Origin: the human T2T-CHM13v2.0 reference genome, Homo sapiens
Assembly: GCF_009914755.1 (NCBI RefSeq)
Contig: NC_060928.1
Strand: one strand, 5' to 3'
Length of the DNA stretch: 64,000 nt
Shown piece after piece: positions 1-13,640 of the stretch. The position numbers and the translations under genes were made by a program. Below the pieces are notes generated by a model, which worked only from the letters and a program-made list of their open reading frames with translations, searched no databases and was not told where the DNA came from. The first letter of the stretch is position 1. Every line of letters begins with the position of its first letter.

Positions 1-500
1 AAGCCCAGACACAAGTAGCTGGCTCTTCTGATACAGCCTTTGTGGGGTGAGTTGGACAGGGGAAATTGAAGAAAAATAGAAATGTCTAGAACCATGATTA
101 AGAAAATATTCAAATTAAGGACTATTTGTATATTTCAATTGCTTATGCTATAACAACTATTGCAATAAATAATTCAGAGTTATAACTACATGCATTTTCA
201 TAAAGGTCACAAACATATCACTTAACAATAAAATTTTTGTGTATGATCTATACATAATACTTTAAAAGACTTCAACAACAAAAGAAGATCTGACATTTTA
301 TTCCAAATGAAATACTTATTTGTGTTTTGTTTTCTATTTGTTGAAGAAAGCTAAAACTTGCATTTTGTATCCAATTCTATCATTGTTATTCAAAACATAC
401 ACAGAAGTTAGTTATTATAAAATAGAGAAGGGAGCCTTATCAAAAGGTTTTAATGATTTTATTAATAAAATTAATTGATACTGCTATATGTGGTTTAGAT

Positions 501-985
501 AATAGCTTCTTGGATAATTATTCTTTTATAACTTTATATAAATTATTTTATTTATATATTTTATATATTATTTTTATTTTATAAATAATAAATATTGAAT
601 AATATATTATTTAATATATTTAAATAATATATAAAAATTATATATTATTTATATTTATATAAACAATTATTATGGATAATTATTCTTTTATGACTTTATA
701 TACCAAGGTCTTTATACCTTTATGTACCAAGGTCTACCTATGTACTTTAGAGAGTCAATAGTTTCTTGGATAATTATTCTTTTATACTTTTACATAAATT
801 ATTTTATTTATATATTTTATATATTATTTATATTTTATGAATAATAAATATTCAATAATATACTATTTAATATATTTATATAATATATATTATGTATTAC
901 ATTTAAATAATGTATATATTATTTATATTTATATAAATATAATTATGGATAATTATTCTTTTATACCTTTATATACCAATGTCTA
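501..985. repeat. AT-rich tandem duplication, ~256-bp period, two copies
   Basis: aatag(c/t)ttcttggataattattcttttata starts at 501 and 757; both copies end in tatataccaa(g/t)gtct. Confidence 0.9.
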
Positions 986-1249
986 TTCCAGGGGATGTGG
1001 CTGAGTAAAAGACATACACAGAAAAAAAAATTTATTTTATATACACTACATATTATTTCATACACATTCTATACAGTATATCAAAGCTACTCGAATGAAT
1101 GAATGCTTAAAAATTGTTCAAATATATCATTTATACAACACTATGAATATTGACCTGAACTAAGATATACTTCTATAATCACAATTTCTTTTTTCCTCTA
1201 AATTTTAAATATTCTTCACTCATAAAATATATTATTTACTTTTATTATT

Positions 1250-1460
1250 TACTGGATTAGATTGAATATTGATCTCAATTCTTCACTCCTCATATCTGTG
1301 CCATTTCTTCATCATGGGAAAAGTGTATTTTCCCACCCTTTGACTTTGGGCTTGGCTACGTGACCTGTTTTGATAATTGAATGTTAACAGACATGATGTG
1401 AACAGATATTTGAATAGAGACTAGATGGCGTAACTTGGCTTCTTGAACTCCAGGCATCTA
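1250..1460 (+). mobile_element. Old MaLR LTR (MLT1J/K-like), 5' part
   Basis: gtgtattttcccaccctttgactttgggcttggctacgtgacctgtttt resembles MLT1J-type consensus. Confidence 0.55.
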
Positions 1461-1775
1461 GTATATATACCCATGAAGCAGAAAAGAGTTTACCAAATGT
1501 GGAGTATACCCCCAAGTCTTTTTTGGCTTAAGGGCAACTAATTACTGAGGTTACAGTCAGCCATCAGCACAGCAGACTAAGCTATATGCATTTATGCCTA
1601 AAGTAAATTCATAATTTTTAGAATCACTTCAGAAGTAGTTTGAGTCTCTAACCCTTTGTGGCACTGCATATTCCTGCTTCAAATGAATAGATTTAAAATA
1701 AATAATCACAGCTTCACAGTGATTGATTATAAATATGCAGAAATAGAACTTGAGTAACTTTACTTCTGTCATTTT

Positions 1776-3095
<1,320 letters not shown>

Positions 3096-3479
3096 TTCTG
3101 TCGTTTTAAATGATGTCTCAGAGCTTGTATTTGAGAAGAAAATTTTTAACAATTAAAATGCAAATTTGGGAGGAGTAAATTTTTTGCTTTGAAAATGCAA
3201 ATTTTAGATCTACTATGAAATATTTTATTGAATTTGAATGATATCTTTAAAATTTTAGGTACATTATTCTTATAAAAATATTGTTTAAAACCAAAGGCAG
3301 ATAAATAGAATAATGACATTACTGATTAATAATTATCTCATGATTGTTTTTAAAAATTATTTTATAATTTAAGGGAAAAAAGGCATTAATAAAGAATCTG
3401 TTGAGGATGTCAAACATAGCAATTAGGTTCCCGAGGAAAAGATGTCTTTACATAGAGTTCCTTCAATCAGGGGTGCAAA

Positions 3480-3660
3480 ATAAGGCAGAAGTGTTGACCC
3501 AACCATAGCTGGAGCAATCTGAGCCAAATCACAGCTTGAAGCTGAAGGACAGTTAATTGACACACTAGTGAACGTAAGAATAAAAGCTTACTGTTACAGG
3601 CCGTGAGTGTTGTGGCTGTGTGTTATTTAGAATTATTGTGGCAATAGTATACTGAGACAC
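3480..3660 (+). mobile_element. Old MaLR LTR (MLT1J/K-like), 3' part
   Basis: aataaaagcttactgttacaggccgtgagtgttgtggctgtgtgttatttagaattattgtggcaatag...gagaca is an MLT1-type 3' end. Confidence 0.55.
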
Positions 3661-4129
3661 GTACTGTCTTTTGAGACTTTCAGTTATTTACTGCTCAAAT
3701 TGTTTTATCCACCATTTCACCTTACACAATGTCTCAGTCACAGAAAGGTCGCAGTGATTATCTGTTGATTGATTGATACACAGCTTTAGACTCAAGGAAT
3801 TTACAATCACACTGAAGAGGAAAAAAACCTACCTAAAAAATTGTAACAATGTAGGACGTTATATGATTGTGCAAGTACTATGCACATGATGAATCCTAGA
3901 GGAGTTTGGAAGAGGAAAGAAGACAGTTTTATTGGTGACGTGGGAGGCATAAAATATAGTGGAAGTGGTAAAGTCTGTTGAAAGTCATATTTTGTGTTGT
4001 ATTTAAAGAACTTATTGAATTAATCATGTGTAGTGAATGAGAGATAATAAAGTGCATAACAAGGGCATAATTGAGCATGACATTTTCAGGAATAAGTGTG
4101 TAAGGGAAAGGCTATCTTTGGAAAAGCCT

Positions 4130-4270
4130 GTATCAGATTCAAGTCTTCCCCCTTGCCCACATGTATAATTAAAGGGACATTACTTAACATTTCAGTGCCT
4201 ATATTTTCTTCTCTGTGGGCTAAACAATACATTATTAGTAGGGTTATTTTGAGGATCAGGTGTGGTTTAT
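4130..4270 (+). mobile_element. MIR fragment
   Basis: Core-like ttacttaacatttcagtgcc...agggttattttgaggat. Confidence 0.5.
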
Positions 4271-4282
4271 TACAAACTGACA

Positions 4283-4395
4283 AACATATTGTATACAGTA
4301 TATATACTGTAAACATTGTATACAGTATATATATATACACTGCTGTATATATATGTGTGTGTGTATATATATGTATATATACATATATGTATACA
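4283..4395. repeat. (TA)/(TG) low-complexity tract
   Basis: tatatatatgtgtgtgtgtatatatatg; explains the overlapping spurious ORFs at 4086-4504. Confidence 0.85.
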
Positions 4396-7174
4396 CCATT
4401 CACTTAATTTTTTTCATTTCCATAAACTTTTTTTTCTTTTTTGTTTCCTTTTCCAAGCTCAAGACATACCCACATTTAGAATATTTGGCTTAAGTTTGAA
4501 ATGATATAACTGAGAGAAATAGAGCCACAAAACAGGGGGATCTGTAATTGGAATAAAATCCGGGTATCCTTTTGTTAAATCTGGTGAATTTAGCAAAAAA
4601 CTTTCAGCTAAATGGTCATATGAATAGAGCTAGAGTCCATGCCTTTCTAGGTATTCTTCAGTGTGAATGAATCAGGATGCATAATTATTGGCAGAAAATG
4701 AGAAAGTCCTCTGTGATTTGTAAATATTGCTTCTTCAGTAGCTCAGCAATCTAGAATACAACGGAGCAAAGGCCGTACTAGAGAGTTAATAAATTAGTTA
4801 ACAGATGTGAGCACATGCACCCTCACGTGCATGCACACACACACACACCTCTTATAGGATCATTTGCCTCCAGGCACACACACACTGCATCTTATTACAA
4901 GCCTTTCTGAATTTTAAAGAATTAGTCCTGAGATACACAGGTTCAGTGTTGCACTAAAAAAGATCCTGTTGTATAGTCTTTTTTGATGGACAAACTTATT
5001 ACACGATTCCTAGGTCAAGAACAAACGCCTTGGTGGAAGATGCTCTCTGTTCTCTTATTTTTATTGCTCTGAGTGTTCTTGTCTTTGGCATCTCTATAAA
5101 ATATTTTATTTATAAAATCCTTTATAATAAAAATAATTTTCAAAAGAGCAAAGTATTTAACTTGTGTCTGACAGAAGCATTAATTTTGTTTGGAGGATCC
5201 TCAATTCAGAAATAATGGTGTTAACACAGTTCAAAAGGTAAAAGCATGGACATAATTATGAATGCATTACATGAAACTAAAAGATAGCTAATAAAAATCA
5301 TTTGATTTAGATTATTTATCACATTTTTAAGGCCTTCACCTCCTTTTGTGTTGGCAGAATCAGAAAATGTCAATTTGAGACCCACTGGAAACTTCAGTGG
5401 GCCAATGGGGATGAAGAAGCCAAAGAAAAAAGGATTGGGGGAGGGTGTTAACTTTGAGTAAGCTGTAGAGTGTCCCCTCTCAGAGTTACAATCATCAGTG
5501 CACTCTAAGTTTTCAAGGGGAAATAGCAACTTAATCAAATTAACCTTAATAGCAAATGGGCTCAGAAACATTATTGTGCAGAACAGCAGCATACATTCAG
5601 CTACTGAGCAATATTCAGTTAAATGCAGAGTTACCATGTCTTCAGATTATGAAATAATATTCCTTTTCTACTGGGAAGCTGGAAAAAAGTAGAAAAAGTG
5701 TAGGCATCTCGTAGGAAGGTGAAATTAAGGATTTTTTAAGCCAAGATGTCCTGTATTTTAATACCTCAGAATCATCTCTGTGACCCCAGTAAAGAAAGCT
5801 AAGTTTGAGGTTACAGTTTCACTTTCAACAGGGAATTATAGTTTGAATTAGACAAAAAACATAGTAAACATAGTGGGGAAAAAAACAAAGCCTAAAGCAT
5901 AACGTTACATACACTACCAGGGCTTGCCTGAGTCGACACTGGATACTTCAGTGGACACAAATTCCAGGCTGCAACCATTCAGAGAGTGGAGGCTTGTAAT
6001 ATACAAATGGGATTGTTTCTATATTGGCCCAAATGAACACATACATGAGAGGATGAGTAAGTCTGTAGAAAAAAAATACTGGATAAAAACTAAATGCTAC
6101 TATCAATATCATGTGGGATTTTGGGTCGTCTGAAAAACTAAAAAGCATCAAATAAAATAAAAATTATAACAGAAAAACTACTTGCAGAAAACAATACATT
6201 TATTATATTTTACTTCTGTTTTACTGGAGGAAGGAATTATATTCTCAATGTTAAAATGCTTTTTTAAATGTATTCAGTCTTTGCTTCTTTATTTAAGAAT
6301 GTTATGAACAAACATTTACATCTTGTCTCAAGGACTTAACTATCATATAGGAATGCTATCTGAGCCTACTTAGTGCTTTCCAGGGTCTCTCCATGTCTAC
6401 CGGTGAGTTTGAAGGCAGTAATAAGCCTCAATGCTACATTCTAACTCCCTGAAAAAGTTTTTTGTTGTTTTTGCTTTTTGTTTTGCTGTTTGCTTGTTTT
6501 CTAGACTCTACCTTCTTCTGTATCCTCTGAATCTAATTTGTTCTGTTCTTCTATCTTCATTTTTTTTCCCTGCTGCTTGGTTTTCATTTTTTTCTCCTTA
6601 GATGCAACTTCACTTGAATTATTTACTTGACTCTTAATTTGTCTGATTGTGTCTTTGGGCTTTGATAATATACAAACTGAGGACTTCTGAAATCTTGCCC
6701 CATTGCCAGACCCAGGGTCTTCAATCCCCCATCCTCACATATGATCATTTGCCTCCAAGCACTCATTTGTCTAGAAGGGAAGTTTAGACATAAAACTCAC
6801 CCTATTTAGGAAGAATTAGACAAAAATGATTGAGGATATATAATGATTTTATTTTTTTTGAAGACTTCAAAATCAATTAATGAAACTAAAGCAAAAAGTT
6901 TTCTAAGTTACTATACTAGGCAGAAAGCTTTCTAACGTCAAGAATTTTGCTTGTCCATCAGCCTCTGAAACAAAGCCCAGCACATAGGTACACATAAGGC
7001 AGAGTTTACTGGGTACTGTAGCTGACTTATCTCCTGACTTACTGACTGACATTATGAACGAATGAAACCAAATACCTTCTGAGGTACCTTAGACAATATA
7101 TATGAAGTATTGAGGCCAGAGTGAGTGATAAGCATAACAGTTTATTGACAACAATATATATCTCATTAAAGGTA

Positions 7175-7509
7175 AACTTCTCAATATGACTATATTTAGA
7201 GATAGAATATTTAAAGAGTTAGTTAAGATTATGTGAAGTCATAGCAGGGAGACCCCAATGCAGTATGACTGGCGTCCTTAGAAGAAAAGGAAAGGACACC
7301 ATGAATGTGCACAGAGAGAAAAGGATAAGTAAAGAAAACAGTAAGAAGGCCATCTCCAAGCCAAAGAGAGAGACCTCAGGAGAGAACAAACCTGCTGACA
7401 CTTTGATCTTAAATGTCTAGTCTCCAGGACTGTGAGAAAATAAACATATTTTTTATGCCACCTGGCTTGTGGTATGTTGTTGTTATCGTAGCTTTAGCAA
7501 ACTAAGACA
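7175..7509 (+). mobile_element. MLT1B/MLT1A-like LTR lacking its first ~55 bp
   Basis: atgactggcgtccttagaagaaaagg...ccaagccaaagagagagacctcagg...ctgtgagaaaataaa...gcaaactaagaca. Confidence 0.8.
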
Positions 7510-7561
7510 CATAGTTATAAAGCATTTTTATTACATGATAATCAGTGTTTAAGAAAATGCT

Positions 7562-7861
<300 letters not shown>

Positions 7862-7985
7862 AAGAAAATTCTATGTTCTTCTAAAGGCTATCTGGAAGTT
7901 GTCCTAGTGACAAGTTGTTTCATTGTGTTCTTTGAAATATTTTTCTTTTAATAAGAACTTATTTTTTCTAATATGTTAACTTTTG

Positions 7986-8041
7986 TTAGGGATTAGGGCT
8001 TAAACATCTGAGTTTTGGGGGACACAGTTGAGTTCATAACA
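7986..8041 (-). mobile_element. First ~55 bp of an MLT1B-like LTR, inverted
   Basis: Reverse complement tgttatgaactcaactgtgtcccccaaaactcagatgtttaagccctaatccc matches the MLT1B 5' end. Confidence 0.75.
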
Positions 8042-8885
8042 ATGTGCACTGTTTCATACCTATTGTTTTAAAATAAAAATGTAAAAACCTATTATTTATA
8101 CCCCTTAATCTTTCTCACAATTTGAAAAACGCTTGTGCAGATCAATTAACTGATGATATACTATATAGTCTTGTATTAGCTCTTGTTTTTTCTTTCATTC
8201 TTTTAGTAATGGATTGTAGTTAAGTCACAAATTGTTTTTAACTTTTCAAACACATTGACTTCACTTTCTGTAATATCTCTAGCCAGCAGATTTAATAAAA
8301 ATAGTGTTATTGACGTGTTTAGATACATTTTTGTGGAATTAAAAAAATCTTTTTCATTTCCAATTGCCATATATTTATGCAAATCAGTCATCATAAATAA
8401 ATAAATCAGTGGAGCAAAAATTAAAAATAAAAATAAAATGTAATTTCTCCACTGAAGACATGTGAAATTCAACTCTAACTATTGAACTTTGACTACACTT
8501 TACCCTAATTCTCTCCAACATGTATATTTCTTGTGGCAATCAACTTACACAGGCATCTGAAGAATTACTGAAAACAGATATCAATCTATGTCTTCTGGTA
8601 TCACCTAAGTTTTGACTATGCATTTCTTATAGAAAGTTTCATTTTAACATTTAGCATTTTGAAAACTGGTTTCTAGTCATTGATACTGCTGAGTTTTTCA
8701 ATCTGTTTTCCTTTCTGGAATTCTATCCATGGCATAAGCAACCTTAATTTATTACTGACATCATCATTTATTACAAGCGTTCATCCTAGCAATCCATTGT
8801 CTTTTAATGTCCTTTCTTTTTACTTATTTATTTTGATGGCCTGCCCAGCTCTGTGTTTGCCTTGCATTCCCAATTTGTTTTTCAG

Positions 8886-9014
8886 CCAAGTGGCTAGTGC
8901 CAAGTGATCAACTATCATCATCCATCACCATCAGCAAGCTGCACACTATTCATTGCATTTCAATGGATGGAACACTTCGGTTTCACATCCCCAATGCCTT
9001 TGGCCTCTCTGCTG
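8886..9014 (+). other. Candidate 129-nt exon (gene unknown, possibly lncRNA)
   Basis: Pyrimidine tract ...aatttgtttttcag|ccaag and donor gctg|gtaagt in apparently non-repeat DNA. Confidence 0.3.
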
Positions 9015-9730
9015 GTAAGTCTTCTACTCTAATATTTTAGAGGCACCCAAAACATTGAATGTTTGAATATTCGGCTTCACAAGTAAACACACAAGGGTGC
9101 AGCAGGAAAAAATTACCTCTAACTGCATCTCTTCTTCCCCTTCTGGTGTATGAGTGCAGTGATGGCCTTTAAGTTCTTTGTCCTTCAGTAGGGAATCACC
9201 AACATTGTACTGATGCTAATCTTCTTATTGTGGAAAATATTGCTTTTTGACAAATGTGCAAAGTTGTAAATCTTTTAGGTGAAAGGAACTTTGGAGTCTA
9301 ATTAATTACTGTGTTTATTTATAAACAACAGTTATTTCAAATAGCTGAATCCCAAGTTATTCTCACAATGAGAATATTTTGCATCTAGAATACAGTTCAG
9401 ATTGCAAAATAAGCATTAATTATTTTAAACATAGTAATTTGTGTTCTATTCTATTTTTGTTATAAAAATCTGGATATATATTCACTATTACACTTCCCTT
9501 TGACAAGGGCAAATTCAGAAAGAAAAAAGAAGCAGATGTTTTAATGTGGTAAGCTGGAACGCTTACAAATAAAAGCATATTAAGCTCAATAAAACATTTA
9601 ATTTTAATTGCCAAAGGTTATCATATTATCTTTACTTTCTTATAATTTCATATGACAAACTAAGTTTAAATCTGAATTTAAACATGTTTTCCAGATGCTC
9701 CTTAGGCTTCCTTATGCATACCCTCAATCA

Positions 9731-9790
9731 TAGGGTAAGTACATAAATTATTGTACAATCCAGAACACTTTAGATACTGGAAAGGTACCA
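9731..9790 (+). mobile_element. MER81-like DNA transposon fragment
   Basis: tagggtaagtacataaattattgtacaatccagaacacttt resembles the MER81 terminus. Confidence 0.4.
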
Positions 9791-9869
9791 AAAACAATAA
9801 AACTTGTATATATTTTTGAAATATTGATTGCTGATTGGTTTATTAAATTGCTAAGCTATGAAATAATTC

Positions 9870-10061
9870 TATGTAAAAATCAAATTTCATTCTGTCATTT
9901 GTGACTACATGTGTGAGCCTGGAGGATACTATGCTAAGTGAAATAAGCTAGGCACAGAAAGATAAATACTGTATGATCTCAGTTATATGAGGAATCTAAA
10001 AATATTTAACTCAAAGAAGTAGAAAGTAGAATGGTGGTTATCAGAGTCTGGGTGGGGAAGG
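9870..10061 (+). mobile_element. L1M (L1MA/MB) 3' fragment
   Basis: ctggaggatactatgctaagtgaaataagctaggcacagaaagataaatactgtatgatctca...gtagaatggtggtta. Confidence 0.8.
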
Positions 10062-10310
10062 TACATCTTAAATTGACACATCTTGGTAGATCATAATATT
10101 TTTAATTGAAACAATATTATTTATCTAGGAGCTGACATGACTGATAAGTTCAGAGCAAACTAAATAACATCGAGGATTTTCTAAAGTCTAATTTACTTCA
10201 AATAAAAATATTTAAACGTTTTATCTAAAATATTTAAGTAGATGTTTATGTATACTATCACAATTTAGAGTACATTTCTTTGATAAATATTTTTACGAAT
10301 AAAAGTCTCC

Positions 10311-10429
10311 AAAATGTTGTCTTTATGACACATTTAATGTTACACCAAATTTATGCCTAGATTAGATACTGGAAAAATCAGATACCTAAATTTGGTATAA
10401 CATTAAATGTATCAAAAAGACAACTTTTT
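10311..10429. repeat. Inverted repeat, 43-bp arms (39/43 complementary), 33-bp spacer
   Basis: 10311-10353 compared with the reverse complement of 10387-10429. Confidence 0.9.
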
Positions 10430-10556
10430 GTGATTTAGGCCAAATCAGGCCTTCTTAATTTATTACATTTTGGTAGAGAATATAAATGTAACTGAATATA
10501 TGTGCTCTATCAAAAGATCCTAACCTCAATTTGAAATTTTTCATAAAGCATTTATA

Positions 10557-10693
10557 GGCCAGGTGCAATTGCTCATGCCTATAATATCAACACTTTGAGA
10601 GGCTAAGGCAGGAGGATCACTTGAGAACAGAGATCAAGATCAGTCTGGGCAACATAGCAAGACTCCATTTCTCTTAAATTAAGAAAAAAAAAG
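10557..10693 (+). mobile_element. FLAM_C-like Alu monomer
   Basis: Single arm plus A tail; TSD aaagcattt(a/c)ta at 10545-10556 and 10694-10705. Confidence 0.85.
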
Positions 10694-11954
10694 AAAGCAT
10701 TTCTAGAACTGCATGATTTAATAGTTTAAATTTGAGCATTCCTAATTTTATTTGTTGGGGTCTCTTAATTTTGTAGGGATATGATGAAATTTTTTATTTC
10801 TAAGCTTTGTCTCTGTTATTTTCTAAAACTTTTAACAGCTACAATTTTGATATTCATTAGTTCAAATATTTTGATTAAATATTTTAAACTTAGTTTGAAC
10901 CAAATACACCTACAATTTAGATAAGAAATTTACAAGAAGTGTCAGTATCTCACTGAAGTTTGATTTATCAAGGTTAATTTTTTTGGAGAGTAAACATTTC
11001 TAAAATTGAATTTATGATAATCAGTAAAAAGAGAAAGCACAGGATGCCACGCTGAAGTCTATTTAGTTTGAAAAATCAGCTGTTCACAAAAATATTATAG
11101 TTTAGGCACACTATGTAATAAAAAGTATGCAAAGTTTTACATTTTATTTCGCTGCTAGTCACAGCTTATTTTGATGTAGTTATAAATTATGTCTGCACAA
11201 TAATAAGTTCCAAGTATATTTCTAATCCATTAGTTTTTTAATTTAGTAAAAGCATTTTAAAATAATACTGTGCTCCATCAAAATTTTTATTCTTGTTAAC
11301 ACAGCAAAGTCAGATGGATATATTTCCAACGTTGAAAGTTTAACTGAATTTGCAAAAGCATCACAATAACATGTAACATTTTACCTTTCATGAATTGAAC
11401 CTCTAGAGCTATACTTTGAGGTTATAAATTGGATAAAGGTAAATGATCAAACCATTATTGGTATTCACTAGATTTCCATTTCAAGGCTTTGAAGAACTAA
11501 TGTAAAACTGGTATCATTTAAAACTTTGTGAAGTTTTCTTTATTTGCTAATGGAGTCAGTGAATTCACCATTACTATTTAATTTGGAATAAAAATTTCAG
11601 TAAAATTAATTTAGAAGAACCATCTTATGATCTAAACAAAAAGTATTTATTTATCAAATGATATAAAAATACAGTTTTGCTGCGGCCCAATTAAATAGCT
11701 GTCCCAGATACAGTTTTAATAAAACAATATCACTTTAGAGTAAATGCTGATATTTTTCATTGGATTTATGCCTTCTAATTTTCGTATATTCAATGATATA
11801 TCCAAACCTCATGATATAGACCAATGTTTAAAAAAATGTAATTTTTACATTCATCAGCTGTCTTAAGAAATAGAGACTCAGCACTTTCACCTTTTAGTCC
11901 TTTGTTTATGAAAAGTTTCATAAGTAAATGATTAATGGTTAAAAAGAGATTACC

Positions 11955-13640
11955 TTTGGTTTCAGCTCCAGCAGGTAAGGAACTTGGAAGTCATCACTCT
12001 GTTCTTTAGAAGAAACATTAGGACAACCTGTAAATGAGGGCTCATCAGAAAACTATAGTTGCAGGGCAAATCACCACAGCAAATCCAGGAGTCTGGTTAA
12101 TCCATAGAGACACAAGTGAGACCTGTTTATGTGGAGCAGAAGCCACTGAAGCCATAACTGGTAGAAACAATTCAATAGTTGACTATTTTAATAAGTTGCT
12201 GGGGAATAATGCTAATAAACTAGTGTACTAGTCTGTTCTCACACTGCTATAAAAAAATACCTGAGACTGGGTAATTTGTAAAAACAAGAGTTTTAATTGA
12301 CTCACAGTTCTGCATGGCTGGGGAGGCTTCAGGAAACTTACAGTCATGGTGGAAGGCGAAGCAGGCACATCTTACATGGTGGCAGGTGAGAGAGAGTGTG
12401 TGAGGGAGCTCTGGAAAAACTACCATTTATAAAACCATCAGATATCCTGAGAATTCACTCACTATCATGAGAATAACATGGGGAAAACGCCCCCATAATC
12501 CAATTACTTCCCTCCCTCAACACATGGGGATTACAGTTCCCTCCCTGGAAGTGTGGGAATTATAATTTGAGATGAGATTTGGGTGGGAACACAAAGACAA
12601 GCCATATCAACTAGCATGAGTGTTGTTGCATGTATTTCCTTGTTTTGTCCTCTGAGAAGACTTAGAAACAATGAACTTGCAAAGCAACAAGCATATCTGG
12701 CATCTGTATTTTGGATTCTCCTGCCATTTTCCAGTATAAGGAATCAGAGCTTCTTTGAGAATGTCTGATTAAATTACTGGGCTAGGAAATATATAGAATA
12801 AGTCTGAAGCATCTTATGGTATCAGAAAGTAAGAAAACATTCTAAATTAAATGCAATGGTGGAGATACGTCACAGGAATAAAAAGAGCTTCCAATGGCAA
12901 AGATACAACAATTTGAGTAACTAAATAAATAATGTAGTGTTGAATTATAACCCAGTGTATAAACAGAATATGCATGAGGTCATAAGTATATAAATAAATG
13001 ATTGAATAAATAACTAAATGGGGGGGATAGACAAATATCTAATATAGGAGAATTCCCAAACATGATGTAGATACCCTGTCCACAAGGTGATGGAACATAA
13101 CTTTTCACTCCTTAAGTGTGGGCTGTGCATAGTTGCTTCCTTTCAAAGATGATGATATGAAAAGGGTGAAAAGAGACACTATGCAGTAGAAAGACCTGAC
13201 ATGAGCTATATCATGATCACAATTAACATCGACAGAAATGTCATGTTGACAGTATGTACTCTTGATATGTTATAAAAATGCCAATTTACTCTGTAATCTT
13301 TCTCGCATGAACTCATAACCCCAATCTAATCATGAGAAAAAAACATCAGACAAATCCCGACTAAGGGTCATTCAACAGAATACCAGTATTCCTCAAAACT
13401 GTCAAGGTCACCAACAGAAAAGGATTCTAAGAAACTGTGGCAGCCAAAAGAAGACTAAGGAGACATGATGGCCAAATGTCTTATGGCATCCCAAATAGGA
13501 TCTTGGATCAGAAGAAGGACATTATTCAAAAATTAAGAAAATCTGAAATCATCAATTTTGGTTAAAAATAACTTATCAATATTTTTGCAACTTTTCTGTG
13601 AATTTAAATATACTCTAAAATAAATGTTTATTTCAAAAAG
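11955..13640 (+). mobile_element. Old L1M (L1MC/L1MD-like) fragments interrupted by a THE1D LTR
   Basis: 3'UTR-like tcctcaaaactgtcaaggtca...ctaaggagacatgatggccaaatg; 5'-end-like segment at 11955-12220. Confidence 0.6.
12224..12609 (-). mobile_element. THE1D-like solo LTR
   Basis: tgtactagtctgttctcacactgctat...gagatttgggtgggaacacaaagacaagccatatca; exact TSD actag at 12219-12223 and 12610-12614. Confidence 0.88.

Noticed and set aside
4086-4504. Overlapping ~100-aa ORFs on both strands
   Set aside because: They run through MIR and (TA)/(TG) repeats and give low-complexity Y/I/V/C peptides
5221-5637. 138-aa minus-strand ORF
   Set aside because: No recognisable domain or splice structure; this length can arise by chance in 64 kb
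11950-11981. Apparent 9-nt microexon tttcag|ctccagcag|gtaagg
   Set aside because: Lies in an L1M 5'-end-like relic with a weak pyrimidine tract and no host gene evidence
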